From assembly GCA_001724265.1 (NCBI GenBank), contig MEDY01000131.1, forward strand, positions 1-64,000: 64,000 bases of DNA, in the 5' to 3' direction. Of this stretch, positions 48,801 through 61,000 are shown piece by piece (the first letter of the stretch is position 1; each line of letters starts with the position of its first letter). A program made the translations under genes and the position numbers. A model generated the notes under the pieces. That model did not search any database, had not been told where the DNA came from, and saw only the letters and a list, made by a program, of their open reading frames with translations. The stretch is from Rhizaria sp. SCN 62-66 (taxonomy: Eukaryota).

Positions 48801-51800
48801 AGTGGTAGATGAACAGCGTACCGCTGAGGAGCACGCAGTAGTAGTCGCGGTACGCGTGGGGGGCCGACGCCGGCGAAGGGGCGACGCGTACCGAGCCCGC
48901 TGGCAGCAGCGCGTCGGGCGCCGCCGGGGGCGCGATCACGGTGACGCTCCGACCGCCGCGATCGCCGCGACTGCCGCGGTCGCCGGCGCCAGAACGACGG
49001 TGCTGTCGCCGCTGCCGCCGCCCGGAGGCCGAGGCAGACGCTGACAGCGACGACAAGCGCGCGCCCAAAAACACCGCGCTGAGCTGCTGTTGCGGTGGGG
49101 CTGAGCCTAAGCGCCGGTCACCGGTCGCACTTCCCGCCGCCGCACTCGCACTGCCGCAGCCGCCGTTGCAGCAGCCTGGCGGGAGAGAGAGTGCGACGCC
49201 CGTCAGCGCGGACCCAGACGCGGCGAGCTCCGGCACTGCGCAGGCGGCGGCGGGGTTCACCACAAGCGCGGGCGCCGGCCCCGCCAGACCGGCGCCGACC
49301 ACGGCGCCCGGCTGCGACTGGTACAGGATCGTCGCGGCGGCCAGCGAGGCGGCCAGCGCAGTAGAGCCCGCGGCGGGCGCGCCGCCGATCACCACGGACG
49401 ACGCGGACGCCGCGGCAACGGACGCCGCGGCGGCGGCGGCGGCAGACGCCGACTGGCCGGTCTGCCCGCCCGCGGCGGCGGCGACGGTGGCGGCGCTGTT
49501 GGCCGACGCCTGGCCCGCGGCGGTCGCCGTTGCAGCGGCCGTCACCGGCAGCGTGAGCGCGCCGGCGCCCGCGCTGGCCACGGCAACGGCGGGCAGCGGC
49601 GGTGGCGGCATAAGACCGGTGTCGCCACCCGCCACCGCGCGCGCCGCTCTCGCAGCAACCTTGGCCGCCGCAGCCGCGCTGCCACCAGCGCCGCCACTGC
49701 CAGTCGAGTTTCTGTTGCTGTTCGCGGTGGCAGCGACTAGCGCGGCGGCGGCCTGCGCGGCGTTTTTGTACACCGCCGAGTCCGCCGCGGCGCCAGAGCC
49801 GGTGCTGTCCTCGAGCGCGAGTCCCAGATACGGTGCTGACAGCAAGTGCAGTCCGGGCGGCAGCTGCAGCATGAGCACGCCGCTGCGGTCCTTGGCACGA
49901 GAAAAGACCGGCAGACGCGAGAGCGACGGGCGCGGCGGCTCGACGGCGGGCAGCGCGGAGCCCGCGGCGGCAGCCACGGCGTTGGCCGCGCCCGCCGCCG
50001 CCAGCGCAGCCGAGTAGTCAGGCGCACTGGCGTGCGCCGCGGGCAGCAGCAGAGGCTGGATCAGCGCGGCGGCGGCTGCCCAGGCCTGGTCGACCGCGGC
50101 CGAGCCCCCGCCTACAGTCCCGTTATAAACCGCGCCGCTGTTGGTGCCGCTTGTGTTGGTACTACTGCCGGAGTTTGTCGCAGCAGCCGCGGTTGGGGCG
50201 AAGCCACCGCCGGTCGCGGCCACGGTGGCAGCGCGCGACGCCGCGGACGCTGCGACCGAAGCCGCTACCGCAGAGGACGCGGCCGCAGAGGACGCGGCTG
50301 CCGCGGCCGCGGGCGAGGGCGCTGTCGTGGCTGCCGCGGCGGCCGCGGCGGCGACGGCTGCGGCGGCGGTGGCCGCGGGCGAGGTCTCGGCCGCGCGCGG
50401 CGTGATATCGAGAAACTGAGGTAAGATCGCGATCTGCGCGATGGTTTGCTCCGCGAGCGATGGCAGTGCAAGCCGCCACGCGCGCTGCTTGCCGCGCCAC
50501 TGCGCGCCTGTGCACGCCGCAGCGAGCTCGCGGCGCGCGGGCAGCAGCAGCTGGCGCAGCGCGCGCGGCGACTGCACGCGGATCATCAGCGCGGCGCCGT
50601 CTGTCACGAGCCAAGCGGCGCAGAAGTTAGGCCGCATGCGCAGAGTGCGCCGCAGCGCGGCGACGGCGTCGAGACGGCGCTGGCGCATGGCTGCGATGTC
50701 GTCGAGCAGCGCTGAGATGGCGTGGCGCATCATGTTGTACTCGTTGCTGAGCCGGATCACGACGCCGCGGTAGTGTTCGATGCGTTCCCGCTGGTCAGGA
50801 GTCAGTCGGAGCTGGCCGTTGGGCTGAGCAGCACCCAGAGCACCAGCGGCATTACCAGCGTTGGCACCTGCACCGGCGTTCGCAGCGCCGGCAGCAGCGC
50901 CAGGAGCAGCAGGCGCAGCGTCGGGGCCAGGGCCGGGGCCCGGTCCGCCACCGCCAGCCGCCGCCGCAGCATTGTTGTTATTCGGGTTATTGTTGTTGTT
51001 ATCAGCAGCGCCGTTGGCATTATTCGCGTTGTTATTAGCGTTTGCATTGTTGATATTGGCATTGTTCGTGGCGGCATCCGCAGCAGCCTGCGCGAGCAAG
51101 AACTGCTCGTACTGCCCCATCTCCCTCTGTGCCGACTGCAACTTATCCCGTTTCGCATCAGACTCGGCCTCGTACTTGCGCACGCGCTCCGCATACGCGC
51201 GGCTCTGCTTGTCAACATCGTGCAGCTGTTTGAACGCCTGCGCAGCCTCGCCGGCCTCAGTCGTCCGCACCAGCCTCTGCAGCGCGTGGGACAGTTCAGA
51301 CCCCGTATAGTGGCGCTCGGCGAGCCAGTACCGCATCTCGCTCTCTTCGTCGCCGCTCGCCAGGGCGGCAAGAGACAGCGGCGCGGAGTCGGCCGCGCTC
51401 ACAGCCGCAGCGAAGGCCGCGATGCCCGCCGCGTCGCCCGCGCGTGGCAGAGGGAGGCCAAGCGCGGCGGCCACGGCGGCGGGGCGCGCGCCCAGACTGG
51501 GGTCCAGCGCGGCCGTGGGGGACCGAAACAGCCAGCGCCAGAACGCTCGCGGAGACGCAGCCGCAGCGCGCAGCTCGGCCGACGGAAACACCACCGCGCC
51601 CGAGCCAGCGCCAGAGCCTGCGCCAGAGCCAGCGGCGGATATCTGGGCTCGGAGCTGCACGAAGCGCCGGGCAGCAAGTGCACCATAAAAGCTACCGCAC
51701 GGACTGGAGAGCACGCGCAGAGACGGCATGGTCTCCTCGTCGCTCTCACTCTCGGCGTCGTCGTCGTCGCTGTCGGCGCCGGTCAAGCCGCGGCGCTCGG

Positions 51801-53661
51801 GGTTGTTGTTGTTGTTCTGTTTGCTGCTGCAGTTCTTGTTGTTGTTGAAACCGCGCGTACTGCCATTGCCCCCGTTGCTGGTGTTGGTGTGCGCGTGTGC
51901 GCAGTGTCGTGACGCGCACCTGAGCGACGAGACGGCGAGCGGCCCCGGCTGCGGCGAGAACGCGGGGTCATAAGCACCGCGTAAGGACAGCGGCACCGTC
52001 ACACCCAGCGGCGCCCCAGCCCCAGCGCCAGCGCCAGCGCTGCCGCCAGAGACAGGCGCGGACAGGCCGCCGTGCGTTGCGGAGACCGAGGCGGCGGCGT
52101 CCGCGGCACGCGTGATCGCGAATTCCAGAGCTTTACGGCGGATGTACGGGTACGGCTCTTCCTCCAGTCTGCGCTCCTCCTCGTCCTCGTCGTCATCGTC
52201 ACCCACCCTGGTGCTGTCGTTGTGGTGAGGGGCGTTGTTAGACCTCAGGTTGCGGGTGTTAGCGCGCGTGATGAGCGCAAGTTTGTCGATTTTTGCGTCC
52301 TCCTCGTCACTCAAAGCCCACTCAAGCGGGTCCGGGTCTGTCTCCGCCGCAGCCTCCGCCGCCGCCGCCGCCGCAGCCGCCATTGCCTCGGGTGCGCTCG
52401 TCGCGCGGGCGACAACTGCGGCCCTGGCGGCGGCGCGGCGCGCGGCGGCCTGCGTCGCCCGCTCCCGCACCTCATGGTCACACACGAATGCGCCTGCACC
52501 GGGGTCCGCTGCGAGCCAGCGCACGGGCGCCGACGAGGTTGCGCGGCCGAGCGCGCCCACAGCGATGCGGTGCTGCAGCGCGGCGGGGTCGCGCGTGGCG
52601 TCGAGCGCGCGCTCGCGGTGCTCAATCCACGAGTGCGGAGTCACAGTCACTTCGGCCCAGTGCGCGCGCCAGCGCGGCGCGTCTTGCAGGATCTCGACGG
52701 GCAGCAGCGCCAGCGGCGGCGGCGGCGCGGCCACGCGCGTCGACGGGTCGGAGAAGTCCAGCGGCGCCAGCTCAGGGGAGTCGGACTGCGGCTGAGGCTG
52801 CGGGAACTGCAGCGCGCCTCCGTCCATCGCTGTCGCAGTGGCTGCAGTCGCAGCCGCCGTCGCATTCGTCGGGGCAATGCTCGCGTGCACTGCGTTGCTG
52901 CTCTGCGTATTGGAGCCGTGGCTTTTATTGTTGTTAGTGGTGGGCTCGCGGAGAGCGCGGAGGGCGCGTAAGTGCGATGTCATATCCACACTGGGGGAGA
53001 AGAAATGGATGAAAAGGCCCGGGTGGTCAGGCGCGCACAGCGGCGTTGACGCGCGCAGCGCCGCAGACGCAGTGGCAGAGCCGCTGTCGCGCTCGGGGCT
53101 CGAGGACTTGCTGCAATCTGATACTGACGTCGACGACGATGATGGAGGAGGTGGAGGGAAGAGGTGCACTGAGGGCGGGGCGGGACGTGCCTTATGCGAC
53201 GCGAAACCAATTGCGGGAAGCCCAAGACGCACACCATCGCAATCGTATGCGCCCGGGCTATGTATTGCAGATGATTGAGCGGAGTTGGTCGAGTTTTGCT
53301 GGCGCGCCTGCGTCGTGAGGTGGACGGGGGTGCTGACGGGCAGCGTCAGCGCGGGGGGCGCGTGCAGAGCCGCCAGCGCGGCGTCCAGCCCCGGTGGAAA
53401 GGTGGACGAAATCACGTGCATCGGGTCGTACAGCAGCGACTCCGGGGGCGGCAGCGGGAGCGAGGCCGCGGCGGCAGAGACCGAGACGGAACCGCTGGGC
53501 TGCGACGCGCCTGTCGACACTGGGGCAGACGCCGACGCCGACAGGGCGCGCGGGGACAGCGCCCCCAACGCAAGCGGGGAACGCATAGGACTCAAAGCAA
53601 GGCCATTACCGCGGGTTCGTGGGCTGGCTGAGCCATCCCGCTGGTGTGGGGGCGAGAACAT
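42858..53661 (-). CDS. ~3500-aa signalling scaffold: coiled coil + PH + RGS-like + FHA domains
   Basis: Exons 53661-48658, 48518-43880, 43732-42858; intron 48657-48519 joins the PH C-terminus VFRAKHQ|VALAEWVSVL and intron 43879-43733 joins the FHA LGREK-S-NIFVLEDGRVSRSHA. FHA also has DLGSTSGSRVNG...LRHGDVVEIG; RGS-like: SELRFY...AVALYSEFVAPAA...LPPRVV...MFIPVADIVFMRL; stop TAA. 5' start uncertain. Confidence 0.82.
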
Positions 53662-55000
53662 GACCCAAGAAGCGGTGGGCAATGCCTGCTGTGGTGGTCT
53701 CTGAGAGTGGCTAGGATTGATGCAAGATATGGGAAGGTTAAACAATCGACTTTAGAAATACACTAAGATATTTCAACTATATCAGTCGACTTATGCAAGA
53801 CATGTACGCATATATTTCGTTTGACGGTCCTCATGATGAGCTGAATGGGGTACAAAAAGTCCGCTTTTTGAGAGCCCTTGGCGTTGCCAGGAACCAAGCA
53901 TCTCGAGACGAAGCAGCGATATTTGCAAATTATGTTGCATACTGGCATGTGTCTTTTGAAAGTGGTCATTATCAACAGTAACTTGCAACTATTTATTTGC
54001 TCTACTATTACGAACGCGCTTTTGAATTTGAATAACGCTACTTCTCGTGAAGAAATACTGGGAAACGTGACCATAGTCGCCTCATTGTCAACACTCGAAA
54101 TGATGATATGCGATCAAATGTAGATATATATGCAGTCAATTTGAATCTCTGTTTACTATTAGCGTTGGAATTGCTGTTTTATGTTGATTATGCATATGTT
54201 TTTACTTAAAGCAAACCGTGATCGCGAAATATCTCGGTCAATTTTGTTTGCTTCAAGTCATCATATTTGCGTCTGCGTATGAAAGACGATTATTATTATT
54301 GGCACTTCGCGTTGAGTAGACAAACTCTAGGAAGCCAAATAATGCATCTATTCTAAATAAATCGTATATTATGTGTATGCCGCAACTTATCCTTGTGGCT
54401 CATCAGGACTTGTGCTTCTGTGGATCGGTAAAGAGTAACTGACAATCTGCTTCGACAAAATGACTGGCTCACCGGATAGCACAAGGTCCTACGATAAAAA
54501 CACTTTGCAGAAATAATTGTACTGGTGTCACAAATATTTTAAGAGTTCTCGAATTTTCAAAGCTCATGTCTGCATCTCTGGGTCTCATGGATTGTGATTT
54601 TGCGTCGAGGGGACGACTGTGAGCAGCTCGATGATGCTTCCAACTCGCTTCGCCGAGAAATCCACTCTCTCCGTATCTATTCGGTCTCTAAGTCTCGTAT
54701 ACGTAATACTGCATATGATCAACACGACACTTACTTATATTCTACTTAACCTTCATGCCGGCAACGATTATGCTGCATAACAGTCTTCCGAAGCATGACT
54801 GGATGAGCACTGGAGCCGACTTGAAGTTTTGTCGGAAATCCGCATTCATCGCAGCCCACATAGCTCACTGAAAGAAACCGCTGTGTTGGCATCCAATTTA
54901 CTTGTTTTAGTACCTTTTATTGCCGAGCCCGCATTGCTCTGCGGAGAAGCCAGAGTGATCACGCCAAGCTTTTTAGTTTGCTCCCCACAACTTGGCAATC

Positions 55001-58000
55001 ATGTCTTCTCCAAGCCTGACTCCAAGTCATGCTGCGGCACCGGCAGCACATGTTGTCTCGTCGCCAGACGACGTGAACAGCAAGCTCTTGTCCACCGGGC
55101 CATGTGCGCTTATTGCAACTGCTCCTCTTCAGCGTCCTCATAGTTTGACGCTCCGCGCTTCGTCAACTGGCTCCAACGGCAGCTCCGGCTGCTCAAGCTC
55201 TGGCTCTCATGCCAGCTCTAACCACAACAACAGCTCAAGCACATCAATCTCGGTTACAATCTTGCAGCGCACTAGCCCGCTCATGTGTCCACCAGCGAGC
55301 GCGCCACACACCCTACATCATCCGACAACACGCCTCTTCGCAGCCGTCCCTCCAGCCACCGTCCCAGCCGCTCCCACAGTTCAGGCGTTCTCTTTCCCGA
55401 CGCCAAACAACAGCTCGACCGGCGTGGGCAACAGTTCGTCGTCAACACATGGCAACCACGCGGCGCCTGAGCGTTCCCGCGCTCCTGCCAGGCTCGCGAC
55501 GCCGCTGGACACGGATCTGTGCAGCGACGCTGTTTCTGACTACGGCAACAAAAACCGAGGCGATGATGTTACAGCCATAACTGAAGCCACAACTGCAGAG
55601 CCGACGCTAGCGCGCGAGTCCGTGCTTCTGACAGACACAGCGCATGTACGTGAGGCTGCGCTGCGCGAGCGCGCTGTTCGCGAGGCTGCGCTACTACAGC
55701 AACAGCAACTGCAGTTGCAACAGCGACAGCAGCAAGCTCATGACCAGCCTCAGCCAGCGGCCGCACTGCCGCAAGAGCCGATGTCGCAACAGCTTCTGTC
55801 CGCACAGCAGCAGCAAGACACCGCGGCGTTGCGTGAGGTCGCATTGCTGCAAGAGACAGCACTGTTACGAGAGTCAGAATCGCCGCACACGCGTGATATC
55901 ATCACAGAGCCGGTGTTACTGCGTGAGCCAGTCTTGCCCCACCATGCAACGCAAAACCCTCAAGTGGCAATGACGCAGCCGCATGGGACGGCGCCGCTGC
56001 GGTCGGTTGCAGCGTCGCCAATATACCGCGCGTTTGACGTCCCCAGTCGCGCGAGCTCGCACTCGCACGCGCACTCACGCGTAAACTCGCACGCGCATCC
56101 TCATAGTGCGCATGCTGGTACTCAGCAGCATGTGAACTCTTTGCAGGTGCACAACGCCAACGCTGGCCTGGAGCACAGTCGTCATAAGAACGTCACGCCC
56201 AACAATCTCGGCGGAAGCATCTCGGTTGCCGCGGCGCCGACAGCAGCGCCATGCTCTGTGTGCAAGAAGCCGTCTGTTGCGTCGTCGCTGCCGTTGTCAC
56301 CGCATTACATCTCAACCGCGCCAGGGCTAACTTCGACAACACGTCCTCCCATTTCGCCGCAACTAATGCGTCAGCCGTTGTTGGGAATTAGTTCTCGGTC
56401 GCCTTGCTGTGGCCGTCCTCATTACGTCCACAGCGCGAGCGTAAAGGCGGGCCTCCACGTTAACACAAACGTTAACAGCGACATTGCATCAAACGTCAAC
56501 ACTATGTCAAGTACACACAGCTCAGATGCAACCACCCATGTGTGCGTCAACACAGCCAAAGAGCGGCGTACTGGCACAAGTACCACGGCGATTCCGACCA
56601 CTGAGCGTGGCAGCAGCACTGAGCACTCAACGGTATCAGAGCGCGCAGCTCTGGCGCGCCGCACCAGTAGCGGCGCCAGCTTCAGCAGCGGCAGTATTCG
56701 GTCGCCGGCTGACATATCAGTAGCGCCAGCTTTGGGAACGGCAACGCCGACGACAGGCACACCGTCCGAGATCTCTGCGTTGCGCGTGTTTGTGCCCGTG
56801 TCGACGTCGTTTTCCGGCGCTGGCTTGCTGTCATCTGCGCGGTCACAGCGGTCGCTGGCTTCTACGAAGCCCGAGTCGCCGCTGCTGTTTGTGTCACCGC
56901 ACCAGTCTGAGACACCGGCGACAAGCACTGGTCTTGGTGCTTTGTCACAATCGCCGAGCACGGGGACAGTGGGAGGTGAGAGGCCTGGACAGCTGCGCAC
57001 ACACAGTCTTAACTTTGGCCCTGATCACGACACCATTGAAGAGATCGGTGAAATTGAGGCTATCACCACTGATGACGGTGATGAAGATGATGGTCATATC
57101 AGCGCGTTTCCTTTCACAACGACATCGTCTCCTGCTAAGGCTACCGTCTTTACAGCGGTAGCCACAGATGCGAATGAGACGCGTGCAAGTGCAGCGCATG
57201 AACTTGGTAACGTCGCAAACAAGGCTGAGGCAGCTGCACTGGCGGCGCGCACACATCTTGCAATGACTGTAGCAAGGGAAATTAACACCGCACTTGAGAA
57301 AGAATTGGCGAAGCCGAGTCCGCCTCGAGGCTATTCGCACGGTCACCAAAGCTACACGCACGCACAAACTCACAGTCACCACCTGCATTATGTACACAGT
57401 CAGAATCAGAGTCATGCCAAGGTTCACGGCCACCACGGTCATGGATACAGCCACGGTTATCATGATGGGGTGCATCACAAGGCTGAGCAGGATCATGGGC
57501 AGCATGACAGTGTTTTTGAGAAGGAACGCAGCTTTAGTAGCAACTGCAGCCCTCACAGCCGCCATGGAGACGAGCACGCCCACCATGTTCACCATCACCA
57601 TCGCAGTAGCAGCAAAGACAAAGGCACATCGCCTCAAAGCGAGCATACGCCGCACTCAATAAACTCGCGCGTTGACGTTCATTTGAAGTCAAAATCCGAG
57701 TCCCCGTTACAACCGCAGTCGCACTCAGCGATGCAGTCGCAGGCGCAGTCTCAGCCGCCTGCGGTTACGCTCTTCTTTCCAACCGCCAAATCTCCAGCTG
57801 CTCCAACTGCTCCGCGGCTGCGGCCAAAGCTTGCGCCCCTGCGCATTGCACAGTCGAGTGAAATTATCTTCGCAACCGCGCTGCCGACACCGAGTGCGCG
57901 GGTGCCTTGTGCAGGCTTGCCAACGAGCAAGGGTGGTGGCGCTTTTGCGTTTCCAATCCCCGCTGCCAGCGCAAGCAGCAGCACTGCAAACGCATCAACA

Positions 58001-61000
58001 GTAGCGAACGCATCTCCGGGAGTTAACGCGCAAACAACGACTTCCGCTAGCTTAGCTCTACTGCCGCCAACATCAAGGCGCCCCGCGCCGCTTGCATTGC
58101 CAACTGCACCGGTAGCTGTTGCCGTCCCTATGACGGCCGTCGCGCGCGCAACTCCAGCGCCGCTGCAGCCGCGGCCAACGCCACTTATGACGCCGCAGCA
58201 CCTCCGCATAGGTCCGCCGCATAAGCTGTTAACGCGTGATGCTGTGACTGGGGCGATAACTCCACAAACTAAGTGCAAGACCGGAAAACAGGGTGTGTTT
58301 GCGTTTCCCGATCCCGGCGCTGCTGCAGCGCCGCTGTTGTTAGTGCAAGTGCGTCCGTCGCCGCGGGGTCAGTAGTCGAGTATAGCTGAAGCAAGCAAGC
58401 TGCAGGTTTGTCTTCAACGGCGCGAGACAAAGCGCGGCAGCAACAGCGCAGCTATCGACATCGCAGGTGCGTCAACGACAGCCAGTGCAGCGACGATGTG
58501 TGCGGTAGTGACAGCTCCACTTCGCGGCGACTGCGCGCGTGTTCGGCTTAAAGCAGCTGCAACAGAACGTGCGTTTTTAAGCTCCAAAAACAACGCAAAT
58601 ATTATTGCACGCGCCGCTAAGACTGGTGAATCAGTGCACGCATCGGGGGAAGGCAAATACGACGACGATGTCTGCGCTGTTAACACTTGTCCTGACACAC
58701 CCGTATCGCAAAGCAAGGTAGACATGACTCACATGAAGGGTTTCGGTGCGGCACCCGCATTGTCACCCCGGCTCTGTGCATGCGTTTGCTCGTGTGCTAA
58801 GTCTGCAAAGCACGCGCCGGGCTACGGGCGCGTGCTTCGCGTGGAAACTGCGCGCGCGCTCCTGCACGAGTACGTGTTTGTTTCTTCGTCGCAGAACGTG
58901 ACTGTAAGGCCTGATCAAGGCGACGTTTATTTGCGTCCTCGCAATGCGCTACAGTTAACGCAACGCAAGGAACTATCGTTGGTTGCTGATGTGGCGGCGA
59001 CGTTAGCACAGACTGATGACCTATATCATGCACGTGTTACAAACACTGTCTCATCAGTCGCGATTGAAATTGAAGTTATGGATACCATGCGTGATAAAGG
59101 CTACTTTCCCGAAACTGAGAGCAACGACAGTAGCAGTAACAACGTGGGCAACGGCGCCGAGTTAATAGCGTCATGCACTGTTAAGGGTCGGCAAAGCAGA
59201 AAGTTTGGTTTCGACCCATCGCCACCCACATCTCTGCGTCAAGCCGTCTGCACCCCCGGCGCGGCAATGATCATGGACCGCGGTGTGCAATACGGATTAG
59301 GACACCGCCTTAACAACCCCGCGCGGCGCGGTGGTCGTCGCATCTCACCGTCACACGCTGACCTTGCGCGGCGTTTGCGCGAAGGCCATGGCAAGCTGTA
59401 CGACGATGAAGGCGACATCCCGGAGGAAGATGAGGACGGGATCGACGGCAACGGGGCTGAAGGCGGAATCGAGCTGCTTTCGCTCTCGTTGTCTGGCGAC
59501 GGAGACGTAACTGCAACAGTCAGCGTGACAAGCAGTGGCGTTTCTTACAGCAGCTCGGTCACAGCTTCAGGCACCATAAATGAAACAAGCAGCACGCCGA
59601 TCACTGTGCACAGCGACGACTCATGCAGTGTTAATCCTAGCTGCAGTCGTAGCTCCGAGAGCCGCTGTTGCTCAAGGTCCAAGGGCAGCAAAACCCGGAG
59701 CCCTGATAAGCAAAGCCAAAAGCGCGATCGTGCTCAGCACCGCAAACAGCACGCATGGCCTGCTTTTGGCTCGCCTCCGCCTCACAGCGAGCTAAACATT
59801 AATGACAATGCAGTTGACACCGAAGACCTTGATAGCAGCCATGGCGACTCGCTTGATAATGCTGTTAATGATAATGCGCGCACATCACCGCAGCCTCTTG
59901 GTAACGTTAAAAGCACAAGCGCAAGGTCATCAAACCGCGCAACGCAACGCGGTTACAGTGGCCCTTACGCTCCGCCTCAAGGCCGGGAAGTTGCTCCAAA
60001 GCACTTCTTTGGTCCTGCACTCGACTTATCCACGCTGCGCAGCAAAGGTGCACGCAGTGTCGCTGGTGGTTCTGTTGCTACAAGCAGAAGTGTGTCACTA
60101 GAGCGCAACAAAAGCGACCCAATTAACAACTCGCTCAAGATCAAGAGCAATGCCGACTCAGAACTTGCGACAACAGCGCGCGTTGTCAGCCCGTTTTGTA
60201 CGTTGCAGTCACCGCTTTCAGCGTTTCATTCACGCGCACTACGTGGAACAATCTCGGACACAAGTACTACGACCGCAGCAACGGTTGAAGCAGATCATGG
60301 GGAGAGCACGTCAACGCACGATGGTGAGCGCACTGGCTCACAGAGCGGTCAGCACAAAAACGGCTATAAATCGAGTCGAGGCACTTACGATCGTTCGATC
60401 TCTGTTGCTGGGGACACTAGTGTTGCCGGCAGCGTGACTGGGGCCGGACACTATGAGAGTGCTAGTTCCATCGACAACGGCCCCGGTGGCAGCAACTACA
60501 AAGGCAGCCGCACAGAAAGTATTTGTCAAGGTACTGCATCGCGGATTACAGCTAGCTCCAAGTCTGTTCGTCCTCTTCGTTCAGCTCTCGCGGCCACATG
60601 GACTGTGGCACGCGTCAACGACGGCTGCATGGATATGCTTACTGTTGCGCCCGCTAGCGCTGCGCTCACTCCAGCGTGTCTTCCGTTTCACATTCACTCA
60701 TTACCACACACCGCCAACGTTGATAGAGCGGTCATTGGTGAAGCGTCACAACAGACACCGCTGTTGCAATGCGCAACTCTTCAGCAGCGACCACTGTTGG
60801 CGGCATCATTGCGCCGCGGCGAACCGTGGGTTATGGAAGACACGTTTCTCGCGCGGCCCACTCTGGGACCAACGCAACCGGATGAGGCTGTGCTCGTAAT
60901 TTGTGACGGCCACGGCGAGTGGGGCCGTGCTGTTGCTGAAGTTGCCGGGATGGAACTTGTGGCACATGCTGCTGTGGAAGTTGCAATTCCTACGTTTATG

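Noticed and set aside
53763-54990. Short ORFs in the AT-rich spacer between the scaffold and PP2C genes
   Set aside because: Intergenic/UTR composition and no motifs; small upstream exons cannot be excluded.
33225-58375. Pyrrolysine, selenocysteine or ciliate-type UAR=Gln decoding
   Set aside because: Selenocysteine uses UGA; pyrrolysine is known from archaea and bacteria and these sites are in disordered regions; TAA is clearly the main stop here, excluding coupled UAR reassignment.
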